Source of the DNA: an uncultured delta proteobacterium
GTDB taxonomy: Bacteria > Desulfobacterota > Binatia > UBA9968
NCBI GenBank assembly: GCA_963847445.1
Contig: CAWJZV010000042.1
Span: 32,001-96,000 of the forward strand
DNA: 64,000 nt
Reading direction: 5' to 3'
Shown: positions 20,155 to 30,054 of the stretch, in pieces
How positions within the stretch are numbered: position 1 is the stretch's first letter
Layout of the letters: each line of letters starts with the position of its first letter
Notes under the pieces: model-generated
The model's input: only the letters and a program-made list of their open reading frames with translations
What the model was told of the DNA's origin: nothing
Database searches by the model: none
Program-made: the position numbers and the translations under genes

Positions 20155-21207
20155 ATGCGGATTAAATTCAGCTATAGGGTGGTTTCATTCCTATGGATTC
20201 TTTTATTTTTTGAGACGAATCTTTTGTCCGCCCAGGAGGGCTATTTCAAGGGCAAGACCATTCGCATCATCGCCGGTTTTCCCGGCGGCGGCGGAGTCGA
20301 TGCCGAGGCGCGCATGATGGCGCGCTTCTTGGGGCGTTATATCCCGGGCCATCCGACGATGCTGGTGCAAAATATGCCGGGGGCGGGAGGAACGGTAGCG
20401 AGCAATTGGTTCGAGCAATTCGCCAAGCCCGACGGCTTGACGCTGCACTACACCAGCACGACGTCAATCAATCAGCAGGCCATGAGCGTGAAAGAGGCCA
20501 AGCATGATCTGACCCGCTGGCCGGCGCTCGGCAGCGTGCGGCGCGGCACATCGGTGGCGCTGATCCGAAAAAAAAGCCTTGAGCGTCTGACCGGCGGCGG
20601 CGAGCCGCTCAAAGTCGGCGTCCGCTCGGGCGACGAAAGTTGGAACGCGATCTTTCTCTGGGGCGCGGAGTTTCTCAAATGGAATGTCCGGTGGGTGCAA
20701 GGTTATCCCGGCGGCGGAGAGATTCAGCTCGCCTTTGAACGCAACGAAACCGATATTTATCCAACCGCGACATTGCCAACGCTGCAGAAGTTTATCGGCC
20801 AGGGTTTCTATCCGTTTGTGCAGCAGGGCATGCTGAACGCCAGCGGCGCCTTTCAAAGGCGCAGTGAGTTTGCCGATGTGCCGGTGTTCGAAGATGTGGC
20901 CAAGGAGCAACGGCCGAGCGGTGTGCCGTGGCAGGCCTATACCATATTTGCCGGCACTGACAGCGTCGGCCGGCCGCTGCATGCGGCGCCAAAGACGCCG
21001 GCGCACTTGTTGCACCAACTGCGCGACGGCTTTGCGCGCATGAAGGATGACGCCGAGTTTAAACCGGAGCTGAGACGGGTGAGCGGCGAAGATGCGCAAA
21101 TGCTATCAGCCGGCGAAACTGAGCAACTGCTGCGCCATCTCCTGGTCGTGTCGCCGTCGATCCAAGGTTACATCAACGGGCTGATGAAAAAATATTTGAA
21201 TCGGTAG
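20155..21207 (+). CDS. TctC/Bug family substrate-binding protein
   Basis: YFKGKTIRIIAGFPGGGGVD..YIPGHP..VQNMPGAGG..KPDGLT. Confidence 0.88.
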   Translation: MRIKFSYRVVSFLWILLFFETNLLSAQEGYFKGKTIRIIAGFPGGGGVDAEARMMARFLGRYIPGHPTMLVQNMPGAGGTVASNWFEQFAKPDGLTLHYTSTTSINQQAMSVKEAKHDLTRWPALGSVRRGTSVALIRKKSLERLTGGGEPLKVGVRSGDESWNAIFLWGAEFLKWNVRWVQGYPGGGEIQLAFERNETDIYPTATLPTLQKFIGQGFYPFVQQGMLNASGAFQRRSEFADVPVFEDVAKEQRPSGVPWQAYTIFAGTDSVGRPLHAAPKTPAHLLHQLRDGFARMKDDAEFKPELRRVSGEDAQMLSAGETEQLLRHLLVVSPSIQGYINGLMKKYLNR

Positions 21208-21254
21208 AATTTCGGATCGGCGGGACGAGCGGAATTGGCCGCAAAGAACCTAGC

Positions 21255-21600
21255 GGCAAGCCGCAACCAAAGAAGAAACCGGGAATTCACGCAGAGGCGG
21301 AGTTCACAGAGTTCGGAATGTATCTTTATCAAGAAATTCTTGACTCTGCGTCTCGGCGTCTCGGCGGTGAGTCTCCCGAAAGTTTGCGCAGACGACGCAA
21401 TTCTCATGGATAGCAGTGCAAAGAATACAAAGTTTCGTCGGGTGCGCTCCGCGCCGGTCAGTCTCGGATTGTTTTCCTCACAATGCAAATTCGCATTTCC
21501 GTTCTTTGCGCCCTCTGCCTCCAGTTTGTCGGTTCCCAATGTTATCCGGCAACGTTTTGAACGGCTGGAACGATTGGAACGACTGGAACGCGTTCCAGTG
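21255..21600. repeat. Composite intergenic repeat (GCCGCAACC end, CACCGCCGAGACGC hairpin, TGGAAC 9-mers)
   Basis: 21285-21371 is approximately the reverse complement of 54118-54206; starts with gccgcaacc like the elements at 53882 and 63899. Confidence 0.7.
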
Positions 21601-21704
21601 CGGCAACCATTATCGACGCCGTTGACAGAAACAAATACTCTCGACTACTGTCCGAAAAGTCACGCATGGGCGCAAGAACTGTCGTAGCGAAAGGAGAGAG
21701 AGCC

Positions 21705-22718
21705 ATGCTTAACTCTCGAGCGGTGTTGCTGATTCTCTTAGCGATTCCGAGCGGCGCAGTGGCGGCCTATGCGGCGGTGGCGCCCAACAAGATGACGATC
21801 GCGTATGCTTCCATCGGGCCGCGCTCGGCGCCGCTCTGGGCCGCCGAGGAGTATGGCATCTTTCGCAAACATGGCATCGAGCCGCAAGTGATCTTCGTGC
21901 GCGGCGCGCCGACGTTGGTGGCCGCCCTGACTTCCGGCGATATGGACATCGGCTACACTGGCGGCACGGCGGTGCTCGGCGCTTCGACGGCGGGCATCGA
22001 TCTAAAAATTCTCGCGGTACTGACCAACCGTGTGACTTACGACTTGGTGGCGCGTCCGGGCATTAAAAGCGCTGAAGATTTGCGCGGCAAACGCTTCGGC
22101 GTGACCAGCATCGGCGGCACGTTGTGGATGGGCGGCGTGCTCGGCTTGGAAAAGTTGGGAATCGACAGCAGCCGCGACGATATCCGCTTTCTCGTTCTCG
22201 GCGACCAGGTGGTCCTCAGTCAAGCGCTGGAAGATAACCGCATCGACGCCACGGTGCTCGATATGGTGTTTAGCAAGCGGCTCGCCCAAAAGGGATTTCC
22301 GATTCTGGCCGAGCTGCACAAGACCAACCTGCCGATCACCAGCACGAGCATCGTCGCGCGCCAGGCTTACATCCAGAAGAATCCCCAGCTCATGGAGAAT
22401 TTTATGAAGGCGGTGATGGAGGGGATCGCCTTCGTGCTTGGCCCGCCAAACAAAGCTGCGACGATCAAGTTGCTGCAGCGGCGTCTGCACGTGAGCGAAC
22501 GGGAGGCGGAAGAGGGCTTCGTCGACATGCTCATCGGCATGGACAAGAAGCCGTTTCCGTCCATGGAAGGCTTGCGCAATATTCAGCGCTTGATGAAACA
22601 GCGCAATCCGAAAATGGCCAACATCAAAGTGGACGACTTAGTCGACGACCAGATCCTGCGCCGCCTCGACGAGAGCGGCTATATCGACAAGTTGTTTGCC
22701 GCGCATGGGGTGAAATAG
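21705..22718 (+). CDS. ABC substrate-binding protein, NMT1/SsuA-like
   Basis: APLWAAEEYGIFRKHG, DLRGKRFGVTSIGG, LDESGYIDKLF; AAGGAG RBS. Confidence 0.9.
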   Translation: MLNSRAVLLILLAIPSGAVAAYAAVAPNKMTIAYASIGPRSAPLWAAEEYGIFRKHGIEPQVIFVRGAPTLVAALTSGDMDIGYTGGTAVLGASTAGIDLKILAVLTNRVTYDLVARPGIKSAEDLRGKRFGVTSIGGTLWMGGVLGLEKLGIDSSRDDIRFLVLGDQVVLSQALEDNRIDATVLDMVFSKRLAQKGFPILAELHKTNLPITSTSIVARQAYIQKNPQLMENFMKAVMEGIAFVLGPPNKAATIKLLQRRLHVSEREAEEGFVDMLIGMDKKPFPSMEGLRNIQRLMKQRNPKMANIKVDDLVDDQILRRLDESGYIDKLFAAHGVK

Positions 22719-22817
22719 CGGTTGCCGCAACCCGTGACATTGACAAGGCAAAAGACGCTATGAAATATTCGGCCGGAACGACAAATGCGCTAGATGGGAG
22801 ACAGGAGGGTATTTAGA

Positions 22818-23426
22818 ATGATCGAATTGAACCCCGAATCGACTGGTTTGGTGATCGTCGACATGCAAGTGGAAGGCTGCGAACGGCATGGCCCCGGGAT
22901 GAAGCCGGTCATCGCCAACATTCGCGCCTTGCTCGACCGCTGCCGCGCCGTCAACGGCAAGATCATTCATGTGCAATCGGTGCGGACCAAGGATCATCCG
23001 GAGTTCACCGTGTTCGGCCGGCCCTATGGTTTGATCTTGGGCAGCCCCGGCGCCGATTTCGTCGAGGAATTAAGACCGCTGCCGGGCGAGACGGTGGTGC
23101 AGAAGACTTCGCACGACTGTTTCTACAAGACGAGCATGGAGACGGTGCTCGACAAGTTCGACCTGCGCTCCTGCCGTGACACGGTGATCGTCACCGGCAT
23201 CGGTTCGAGCAACTGCGTCTATCACGCGGTGATCGGATTTCACATCCGCAATTATTACACGATCGTGCCGGAAGACTGCATCCACGGCGTCGCGGCGCAC
23301 TCGCAGCCTTTCGCGTTGGCGCAGTTCCGTTCCAACGCCTACAACTTCAACGTGACGGTGTCGCGCTCGGATGAGCTGCAGTTCGTCGATGCCAAAGTCA
23401 TGCAGCGAAAGGCTGCCGGCGCTTGA
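22818..23426 (+). CDS. Isochorismatase-like cysteine hydrolase
   Basis: Catalytic triad positions present: IVDMQ (D), VVQKT (K), GIGSSNCV (C). Confidence 0.88.
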   Translation: MIELNPESTGLVIVDMQVEGCERHGPGMKPVIANIRALLDRCRAVNGKIIHVQSVRTKDHPEFTVFGRPYGLILGSPGADFVEELRPLPGETVVQKTSHDCFYKTSMETVLDKFDLRSCRDTVIVTGIGSSNCVYHAVIGFHIRNYYTIVPEDCIHGVAAHSQPFALAQFRSNAYNFNVTVSRSDELQFVDAKVMQRKAAGA

Positions 23427-24439
23427 AAGCTGCATCGATCCAGCGGCGGCGCAGGAAGATCGCTTTCGTCTCCGTTCTCGTCTCGTATCTTTTTATCGCC
23501 GCGCTGCCGTCCGCGTATGCCGAAAGCTTGAAAGTGCCCTACGCGGCGCTGTCGCCGACCTACGCGCCGCTGTGGATCGCCGAGCAGGCTGGCTACTTCA
23601 AAAAATACGGCCTGGATATCCAGCCTGTTTATATCTCCGCGGGGTCGATCATTGTGCCGGCGCTGTTATCAGGGCAAGTGGAGATCGCCAATATGAGTTC
23701 GGCGCCGGCGCTGACTGCCTGGGCGCGCGGCGCCGAGCTGGTGGCGGTGGGTGTGACTTCCAATCGGTTGCTCCATGTCGTCATGAGCCGCGGCGCGATC
23801 AAGAAACCGGAGGATCTGAAAGGCAAACGGGTGGGTAGCGACCGCTATGGATCGCTCTCCGATCTTGTGCTGCGGGATGCGTTGCGACACTTCAACTTAA
23901 CTCCCGACCGCGATGTCGCGATCATGCAGACCGGCGGTCTTCCCGAAAGACTCGGCGCGTTAAAAGCGGGCGCCGTGGACGGCGCGATCCTTACCGGCGA
24001 CACGGCGTTTCACGCAGAAAAATTGGGCTACCATTCGGTGATCGATCTTAGCCAGCTGCCGATTCAATACCCTGGCAGCACCATCGTCGTGAGCAAAGCG
24101 TTGGTTCAGTCGAAGCGCGAAATGCTGAAAAGATTTTTGCGCGGTTGGATCGAAGGCATCAAGACGGCGCGCACCGACAAAGAATTCACCATCAAAGTGC
24201 TGCAAAAATTTCTCAAGACGGCCGACCGCGATATCCTCGACCGCACCTTTGAGGTTTACAAAGACGTGCAGGAAAAGATTCCCGTCCCGGACGCAAAGGT
24301 AATGGCGGTGGCGTTGAAACAACTCGCTGCTACGGTCCCGCAGGCCGGCCAACTGAAGGCGGATGATTTCATCGACCGCAGTCTGATCGGCGAGCTGGAA
24401 AGCGAGGGGTTTATAGCCAAGTTGTACGGCGGAAGATAG
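23423..24439 (+). CDS. ABC substrate-binding protein, NMT1/SsuA-like
   Basis: APLWIAEQAGYFKKYGLD, DLKGKRVG, FIDRSLIGELESEGFI. Confidence 0.9.
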   Translation: MKAASIQRRRRKIAFVSVLVSYLFIAALPSAYAESLKVPYAALSPTYAPLWIAEQAGYFKKYGLDIQPVYISAGSIIVPALLSGQVEIANMSSAPALTAWARGAELVAVGVTSNRLLHVVMSRGAIKKPEDLKGKRVGSDRYGSLSDLVLRDALRHFNLTPDRDVAIMQTGGLPERLGALKAGAVDGAILTGDTAFHAEKLGYHSVIDLSQLPIQYPGSTIVVSKALVQSKREMLKRFLRGWIEGIKTARTDKEFTIKVLQKFLKTADRDILDRTFEVYKDVQEKIPVPDAKVMAVALKQLAATVPQAGQLKADDFIDRSLIGELESEGFIAKLYGGR

Positions 24440-24542
24440 TTGAACCCATCGTATCGATCATTCCACCGGAGCGATTGGCTTTGTCCCGTGCGGCTGGTTG
24501 ACCAGCGATGATTCGGATAATTCTTGAATCCCGGAGGTGCGC

Positions 24543-25604
24543 ATGAGAACGAAAAAAATGTTTCCGACATGCTTTTTCGGCATCTTGTATCTGCTTGCGG
24601 TGGCTCCGCCATCGGTTCATTCCCAGGCGCCATTTTTTCAGGGCAAGACGATCAAGATCATCAATAACGATCCCGGCGGCACCGCAGGGCTGCGGGTCAA
24701 GGTCGTGATGACCTACCTGCGCAAATATATTCCTGGTAATCCAACGTTGCTTATCGAGTTCGTCGAAGGCGGCGGCGGACGTCGGGCCGCCAACCAGGTT
24801 TTTCAGAACGCCAAGCCGGACGGTCTGACCGTCGGCGCGCTCAGCAGCGCGATCATCGGCCTTCAGGTCATGAAAGAGACCGGTGTCATGTATGACATCG
24901 ATAAGTTCATCTATCTCGGCACGCCGGTGAGCGAGAACCACAACGTCATCTACACGCGGCGCGAGTTGGGACTCAATTCCCTGGACAAACTGCGCGCGGC
25001 GAGCGGGCTTCGCCTTGGCGCCCAGGAAGTTGGCGCGGTGGCGTATATCTCGGCGCGGCTGTTCGGGTACTTTCTCGATATTAAGGCGCCGAAGTTCGTC
25101 ACCGGCTACACATCGCTGGAAGCCGACGTGGCGTTGCGCAACGGCGAGATCGATTCGCGCTCGAATAACGTGACTTCGGTTCTGAGCCGCAATCGCGACT
25201 GGATCGACAAGGGCATTATGGATTTTCACGCGATCATCGCCGTGCCGAAAGACGACAAGCCATCGCACCCGCGCCTGGCGCAACTGCCGGAGATCGAGAG
25301 CTTCGCCAAAACCGATAGAGAGCGAAAGCTACTGACCATGTGGCGCAGTTTCCGAACCGCCACTTCGCCGTTCGTGTTGCCGCCGGGGACGCCGAAGGAT
25401 CGCGTGGAGATCCTGCAAGAGGCGATGCGCAAGGTGTTCAATGATCCCGAGTTCCGCGCTGAGTTTAAGAAGCTCGCCAACGACGATGCTTCACCGCTGA
25501 TGGCCGAAGAGCTTGCCAAAGTGATTCAGGAAATGCCTCGCGATCCCGAGGTCGTCGATTTGTTGAAGAAGTTCTCCGGTGTCGAGCCGCTGCCTATGCG
25601 ATAA
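24543..25604 (+). CDS. TctC/Bug family substrate-binding protein
   Basis: FFQGKTIKII..YIPGNP..KPDGLT; LPPGTPKDRVEIL. Confidence 0.88.
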   Translation: MRTKKMFPTCFFGILYLLAVAPPSVHSQAPFFQGKTIKIINNDPGGTAGLRVKVVMTYLRKYIPGNPTLLIEFVEGGGGRRAANQVFQNAKPDGLTVGALSSAIIGLQVMKETGVMYDIDKFIYLGTPVSENHNVIYTRRELGLNSLDKLRAASGLRLGAQEVGAVAYISARLFGYFLDIKAPKFVTGYTSLEADVALRNGEIDSRSNNVTSVLSRNRDWIDKGIMDFHAIIAVPKDDKPSHPRLAQLPEIESFAKTDRERKLLTMWRSFRTATSPFVLPPGTPKDRVEILQEAMRKVFNDPEFRAEFKKLANDDASPLMAEELAKVIQEMPRDPEVVDLLKKFSGVEPLPMR

Positions 25605-25647
25605 ACTGCGAGCTGCGGGGACTGCGACCCGTAAAAAGGAGTAGGGA

Positions 25648-26735
25648 ATGAAGCATCATTCATTACGTCTTGGCTTGTTGCGTTATCGGCGTTTACGTTG
25701 TGTCGGATTGCGCAAAGTTATGCCGCCGAGAAACCGTTCTACGACGGCAAGACGCTCACGGTTTTGATCAATTATGCCGCCGGCGGCCCCACCGATGTCG
25801 AGGGCCGGCTTTTGGCGCGCCATCTGGGCAGGCATGTGGCGGGACAACCGAACGTCATCGTGCAAAATATTTCCGGCGCGGGCGGCATCATCGGCACCAA
25901 CTTCTTGGGACAAGTCGCTAAAGCCGACGGGCTGACCATGGGCTACTTCACCGGCGCGCTGTTTCATCAGCAGGTGCGAAACCCCGCGCTGCGCACCGAT
26001 CTGTCGAAATATGCTTTCATCTCGGGCATCCAGGGCGTCACCGTGTCTTACATTCGCTCGGATGTCGCTCCCGGCATCAAGAAGCCCGGCGATCTGCTAA
26101 AAGCGCAGCGGTTCAAAGCCGGCGGTCTGAGCAACGATAGTTTCAAGGACGTTGCGTTTCGACTGTCGTTCGATCTTCTCGGATTGCAGTACGACTATGT
26201 GACCGGTTACAACTCCAGCGCCGACGCCAGATTGGCGGTGCAGCGCAATGAAGTGCAGTATCATGATGAAACCCTGCCGGCGTACCGATCGCAGGTCGAG
26301 CCCAACATGGTAAAACCCGGCCATGTGACAGCGCTGTACCACGCGGACTTGATCGATGCTGACGGCGGTGTCGCCGATAGTCCGGATGTTCCAGAGCTGT
26401 CGTCGTTCACGAAATTTTACACCCAAGTGTTGGGCAAGCCTCCTTCCGGCATCAAGTACGAAGCTTTGAAAGCAGCCAACATCGCCGGCACCAACATGAC
26501 CCGGGCGATATTACTGCCGCCCGGCGCGCCCAAGGAGGCGGTAGCCGCGCTCAAGCAAGCCGCTGCGTCGCTATCGAAGGACGAAGAATATCTCGCCGAT
26601 GCGGTGAAGGTGATGCGCTTTCGCCCGAGGTTTGAAATGGGCGCGAGCGGCGAACGGCTTTATCAACGAGCCACGGGAATTTCTCCTGACTTAGCCAAAT
26701 TCATCAGGCAATTTATCGAGCAGGAGAGAAAGTAA
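25648..26735 (+). CDS. TctC/Bug family substrate-binding protein, probable frameshift in signal peptide
   Basis: AGGAG-ATG at 25648 is out of frame with the body FYDGKTLTVLINYAAGGPTD..VQNISGAGG..ADGLT. Confidence 0.85.
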
Positions 26736-26976
26736 GCCTGCGTCGATCGGTTTCATGGTTCAGACTGAGTTCCAGCCGATTGCAGACAGTAGGAAAGATT
26801 TCTCGCTCGCTCGAAATGACAGATTGCGAGTTGCCGTCATCCCGAGCGCAGGCCGGAATCCAACTCTAGGAGTCCTGCGACGGCGCTCAGGACGAACGGA
26901 AGGGTTTGATGTCATTGTGGATTTCCGTTCATGCTGAGGCTCGGATGCATTCCAACTTTTTCAGCATCGACTCGGC

Positions 26977-27409
26977 TCATTTCACCGGCTGAAACTTCGG
27001 CAGCGTATAGTCCGGCAGATCCTCGAAGATCACTTCGACGTTCATGCCGATTTTGACTTCTTCCGGCGCGCAGCCGACCACGTTGGTCACCAGCCGTCCG
27101 CCTTCGTCGAGGTCGACCAGCGACACGTTGTAAGGAACTTTGTCCTGGTACGCCGGATGCCAAGCGCGGTGGTAGGCGATATGGGAGTAGATTGTTCCCT
27201 TGCCGCTCAGCTCCACCCACTGAAATTCCTTTGCTAAACAATGCGGACAGTGCGACTGTGGCGGGAAAGCCAAATATTTTCTGGCATGACGAGCAGCGTT
27301 GGGCGGTTAGTTTGTGTTCCCGCAAATTGGCCCAAAACGGTTTGGCGTCAGGCTCTTCGAGATAGGGTTGTCCTCGGCGCGCGGCGCGCCCGCGTTCGTC
27401 TTTGCTCAT
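26977..27409 (-). CDS. Zn-ribbon/OB-fold DUF35 protein, frameshift ~27275
   Basis: PFW..LREHKLTAQRCSSC / FPPQSHCPHC..ELSGKGTIYS..PYNVSLVDLDEG..IGMNV. Confidence 0.88.
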
Positions 27410-28560
27410 AATGCCCCCAATATCATCGTTGCATGCATCGAAAGGCTGCCGCCATGGCCGCTGACGATGCCGACTTTGGCGTTTGGCACCTGCCGTTCCG
27501 GCTCGACTTCGTTGCCGCGCAGTTGTTTGACCGCCTCGGTGATGTGCAGCTGGCCTTCAAGATGGGCTTGCGATAACAAGCCGCCGTGGGTGTTGAGCGG
27601 CAGTTGGCCGCCGAGAGTAATTCGCCCGTCCTTGACGAAGTCCTTGCCTTCGCCTTTTTTACAGAAGCCGTAATCTTCCAGCGTGATCATCGCCGTGATC
27701 GTGAAACAATCGTAGATCTGCGCGAACTGCATATCTTTAGGTTTCATCCCCGCCATGCGGTAGGCCGTCTCGGAAGATTTCTTGCCGCCGAGCGTCGTCA
27801 GCGTCGGCGCATCGAGCAGGCTGAAGTGCGGATGATGCTGCCCCATGCCCAAGATCGCCACCGCTTTCTTGGGGAAATCCCGCGCCCGCTCGGCGCTGGT
27901 CACCAACACGGCGCCGCCGCCATCGGATTCCAGCGAGCAATCGAACAGGCGCAGCGGCGCGACGATCATGCGCGACTGCTGGTGCTCCTCGATGGTCATG
28001 GGTTTGCGCAGCGTGGCGTTCTTATTGAGGCTGGCGTGGTAGCGCGTCGACACGGCGACATGGGCGAGGTCTTCGCTGGTGGTGCCGAACTCATACATGT
28101 GGCGCTGCGCCGCAAAGGCGTGGCCGCCGGCGGCGGCGAAGTGGCCCCAGGGCTCCTCCCAATGCTCGTCGCCGCGCCGGATCGGATGACCGGGCGTCGG
28201 ATCGGCGGTGGAGCGCTTGCGCGCATGGACGCAGACGACGGTGGTTGCCATGCCGGCTTCGATCGCCATCACCGCATGCTGGACCATGGCGATGGGCGTC
28301 GCGCCGCCGAGCGCCAGATCGGTGGCGAACAGCGGATCGATGCCGGCCATATGCGAGAGCTTGGTGGCGTAACTGCGATGCGCGTCGTTGAGCGGTTGGT
28401 TGGTTAATAGGCCGTCGACCTGCGACGCTTTGATGCCAGCGTCGTCGAGGCAGGCCTTGATCGCTTCAAGATGGAGCGAGTTGGTGGTCGCGTCGGGACG
28501 CTTCCCCACCACGGTCTCGCCCATTCCTACGATGGCGCATTTGCCACTGAGGTTCGTCAT
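27406..28560 (-). CDS. Thiolase-like protein (SCP2-thiolase/Ltp2 type)
   Basis: AIVGMGET, PLRLFDCSLESDGG, QIYDCFT, NTHGGLLS..H, EAVKQLRG. Confidence 0.9.
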   Translation of the reverse strand: MTNLSGKCAIVGMGETVVGKRPDATTNSLHLEAIKACLDDAGIKASQVDGLLTNQPLNDAHRSYATKLSHMAGIDPLFATDLALGGATPIAMVQHAVMAIEAGMATTVVCVHARKRSTADPTPGHPIRRGDEHWEEPWGHFAAAGGHAFAAQRHMYEFGTTSEDLAHVAVSTRYHASLNKNATLRKPMTIEEHQQSRMIVAPLRLFDCSLESDGGGAVLVTSAERARDFPKKAVAILGMGQHHPHFSLLDAPTLTTLGGKKSSETAYRMAGMKPKDMQFAQIYDCFTITAMITLEDYGFCKKGEGKDFVKDGRITLGGQLPLNTHGGLLSQAHLEGQLHITEAVKQLRGNEVEPERQVPNAKVGIVSGHGGSLSMHATMILGAL

Positions 28561-28805
28561 GATTTCCCTTTCGTCGACTCTTTAATAGCCATAAATGGCA
28601 ATGCACCGATCAGAGTATTTTCAGTGCGATGCCAATTTTCTTGTTGGCGCGATCTTATACGGGAGGTTTTTCCACTGTCAAGGCGATGCGTGGAATTCAT
28701 TACCAGAGTTGCTCAGTTGCTTCACTGGCCCCGCGCAGATTTAGTTTGCAGTTATGTCAGGCCGTTTGCTAAATGAGTGGAGCCGAGGCGGGCGGATTGC
28801 AGAGT

Positions 28806-28943
28806 CGTCATACCGGTCCTTCGACGTCGCTGAGGATAAACTTTAGCCGGCATCGCGGTGACGGATAGCGTCCGTCATGCCGTTGACGAACGGCATCCAG
28901 GTTTAGGGGATGGGGATGGACCCCGGTCTTCACCGGGGTGACG
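28806..28943. repeat. REP-like GTCAT...GAC palindrome cluster
   Basis: gtcatgccgttgacgaacggcatccagg...atggaccccggtcttcaccggggtgacg; near-identical copy at ~49313-49380. Confidence 0.75.
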
Positions 28944-28997
28944 ATAACGAAGAAGACAGTTTCCTAGTTACTGGAGGTGCCATGCTGTCGTTACTCA

Positions 28998-29963
28998 ATG
29001 AAAACTTTTGTAATCCTTATCTTGTTGCTCGGGCTTTCCCATGACACGCAGGCGCGCGACGCGGTGATCGGCTACTCCGGACGGACCATCGCCGAGATGC
29101 CGTTCGCCTGGGCGAGCCGCAAGGGATTTTTCAAGGAAGCCAACTTGGACGTGAAGATGATTTATATGTCGACCAGCATCGCCGCCAAGGGGTTGATGAG
29201 CGGCGACGTCGATTACTCCGCGGCCATGGGCGGCACGCTGCGCGCCGCCATCGCCGGCGCGCCGCTGATCGGCATTTACTCGATGTTCAAGGCGCAGATG
29301 TATTTAGTCTCTCAGGCCAAGTACAAACAGGTTGCCGATCTCAAGGGCAAGACTGTGGGTATCAGCGTGTTCGGCGGCGCCTACGATCTGGCGGCTCGAT
29401 TGATACTCAAGCACCACGGACTCGATGCCGAAAAGCAGGTGACGCTGCTGCAGATCGGCGATAGCCGGACACTTTATTCCGCGCTCGCCGCCGGCACCAT
29501 CGACAGCGCGATCTTGGGGCCGCCCTACGACATCAAGGCCGAGCTGGAGGGCGCCAACCGCCTGTTCGATTCGTCGGAGATTTTCGACATGCCGTTCTCC
29601 GGCCTGGCGACGAGCAAGAAAAAATTGTCGCAGGACCGCGCCGAGGTGAAAGCGATCGTGCGCGGCCTGGAACGCATCCGCCGCTACATCGCTGCCAACC
29701 GCGGCGAGGCCGAGGCGTTTGCCAAGCAGTTTCTCAATTTAACTGACAAGGAAGCGCGCCTTTCGATCACGCAGATGGTGAAATCCTTCCGCGACACCGG
29801 CAGAACCACCGACGAAGCGGTGGTGGATTTCATCGAGACCACGTTGCGCAGCACGAAACAAAAGGCCGGGACTATCAAGCCCAGCGATATCGTCGACTGG
29901 AGCGTGACGACGGAAGTGGTGCGGGAACTGGATCAATTAAGAAGTGAAACGGTAGAGGGGTGA
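28998..29963 (+). CDS. ABC substrate-binding protein, NMT1/SsuA-like
   Basis: Signal peptide; KGFFKEANLDV; DLKGKTVGIS.FG. Confidence 0.88.
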   Translation: MKTFVILILLLGLSHDTQARDAVIGYSGRTIAEMPFAWASRKGFFKEANLDVKMIYMSTSIAAKGLMSGDVDYSAAMGGTLRAAIAGAPLIGIYSMFKAQMYLVSQAKYKQVADLKGKTVGISVFGGAYDLAARLILKHHGLDAEKQVTLLQIGDSRTLYSALAAGTIDSAILGPPYDIKAELEGANRLFDSSEIFDMPFSGLATSKKKLSQDRAEVKAIVRGLERIRRYIAANRGEAEAFAKQFLNLTDKEARLSITQMVKSFRDTGRTTDEAVVDFIETTLRSTKQKAGTIKPSDIVDWSVTTEVVRELDQLRSETVEG

Positions 29964-30054
29964 AGGGTAAGGCGTAAGGCGTTTTCCGAAACTCTTCTCG
30001 CCTCACTCCTTTACGCTTTACCCCTTACGATTTCGCGGCCGAAGGGAGCGAAGA

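Noticed and set aside
21168-21687. ORFs over the intergenic repeat (21168-21539, 21235-21687)
   Set aside because: They are translations of the repeat element (LCELRLCV, RLERLERL) with no coding signature
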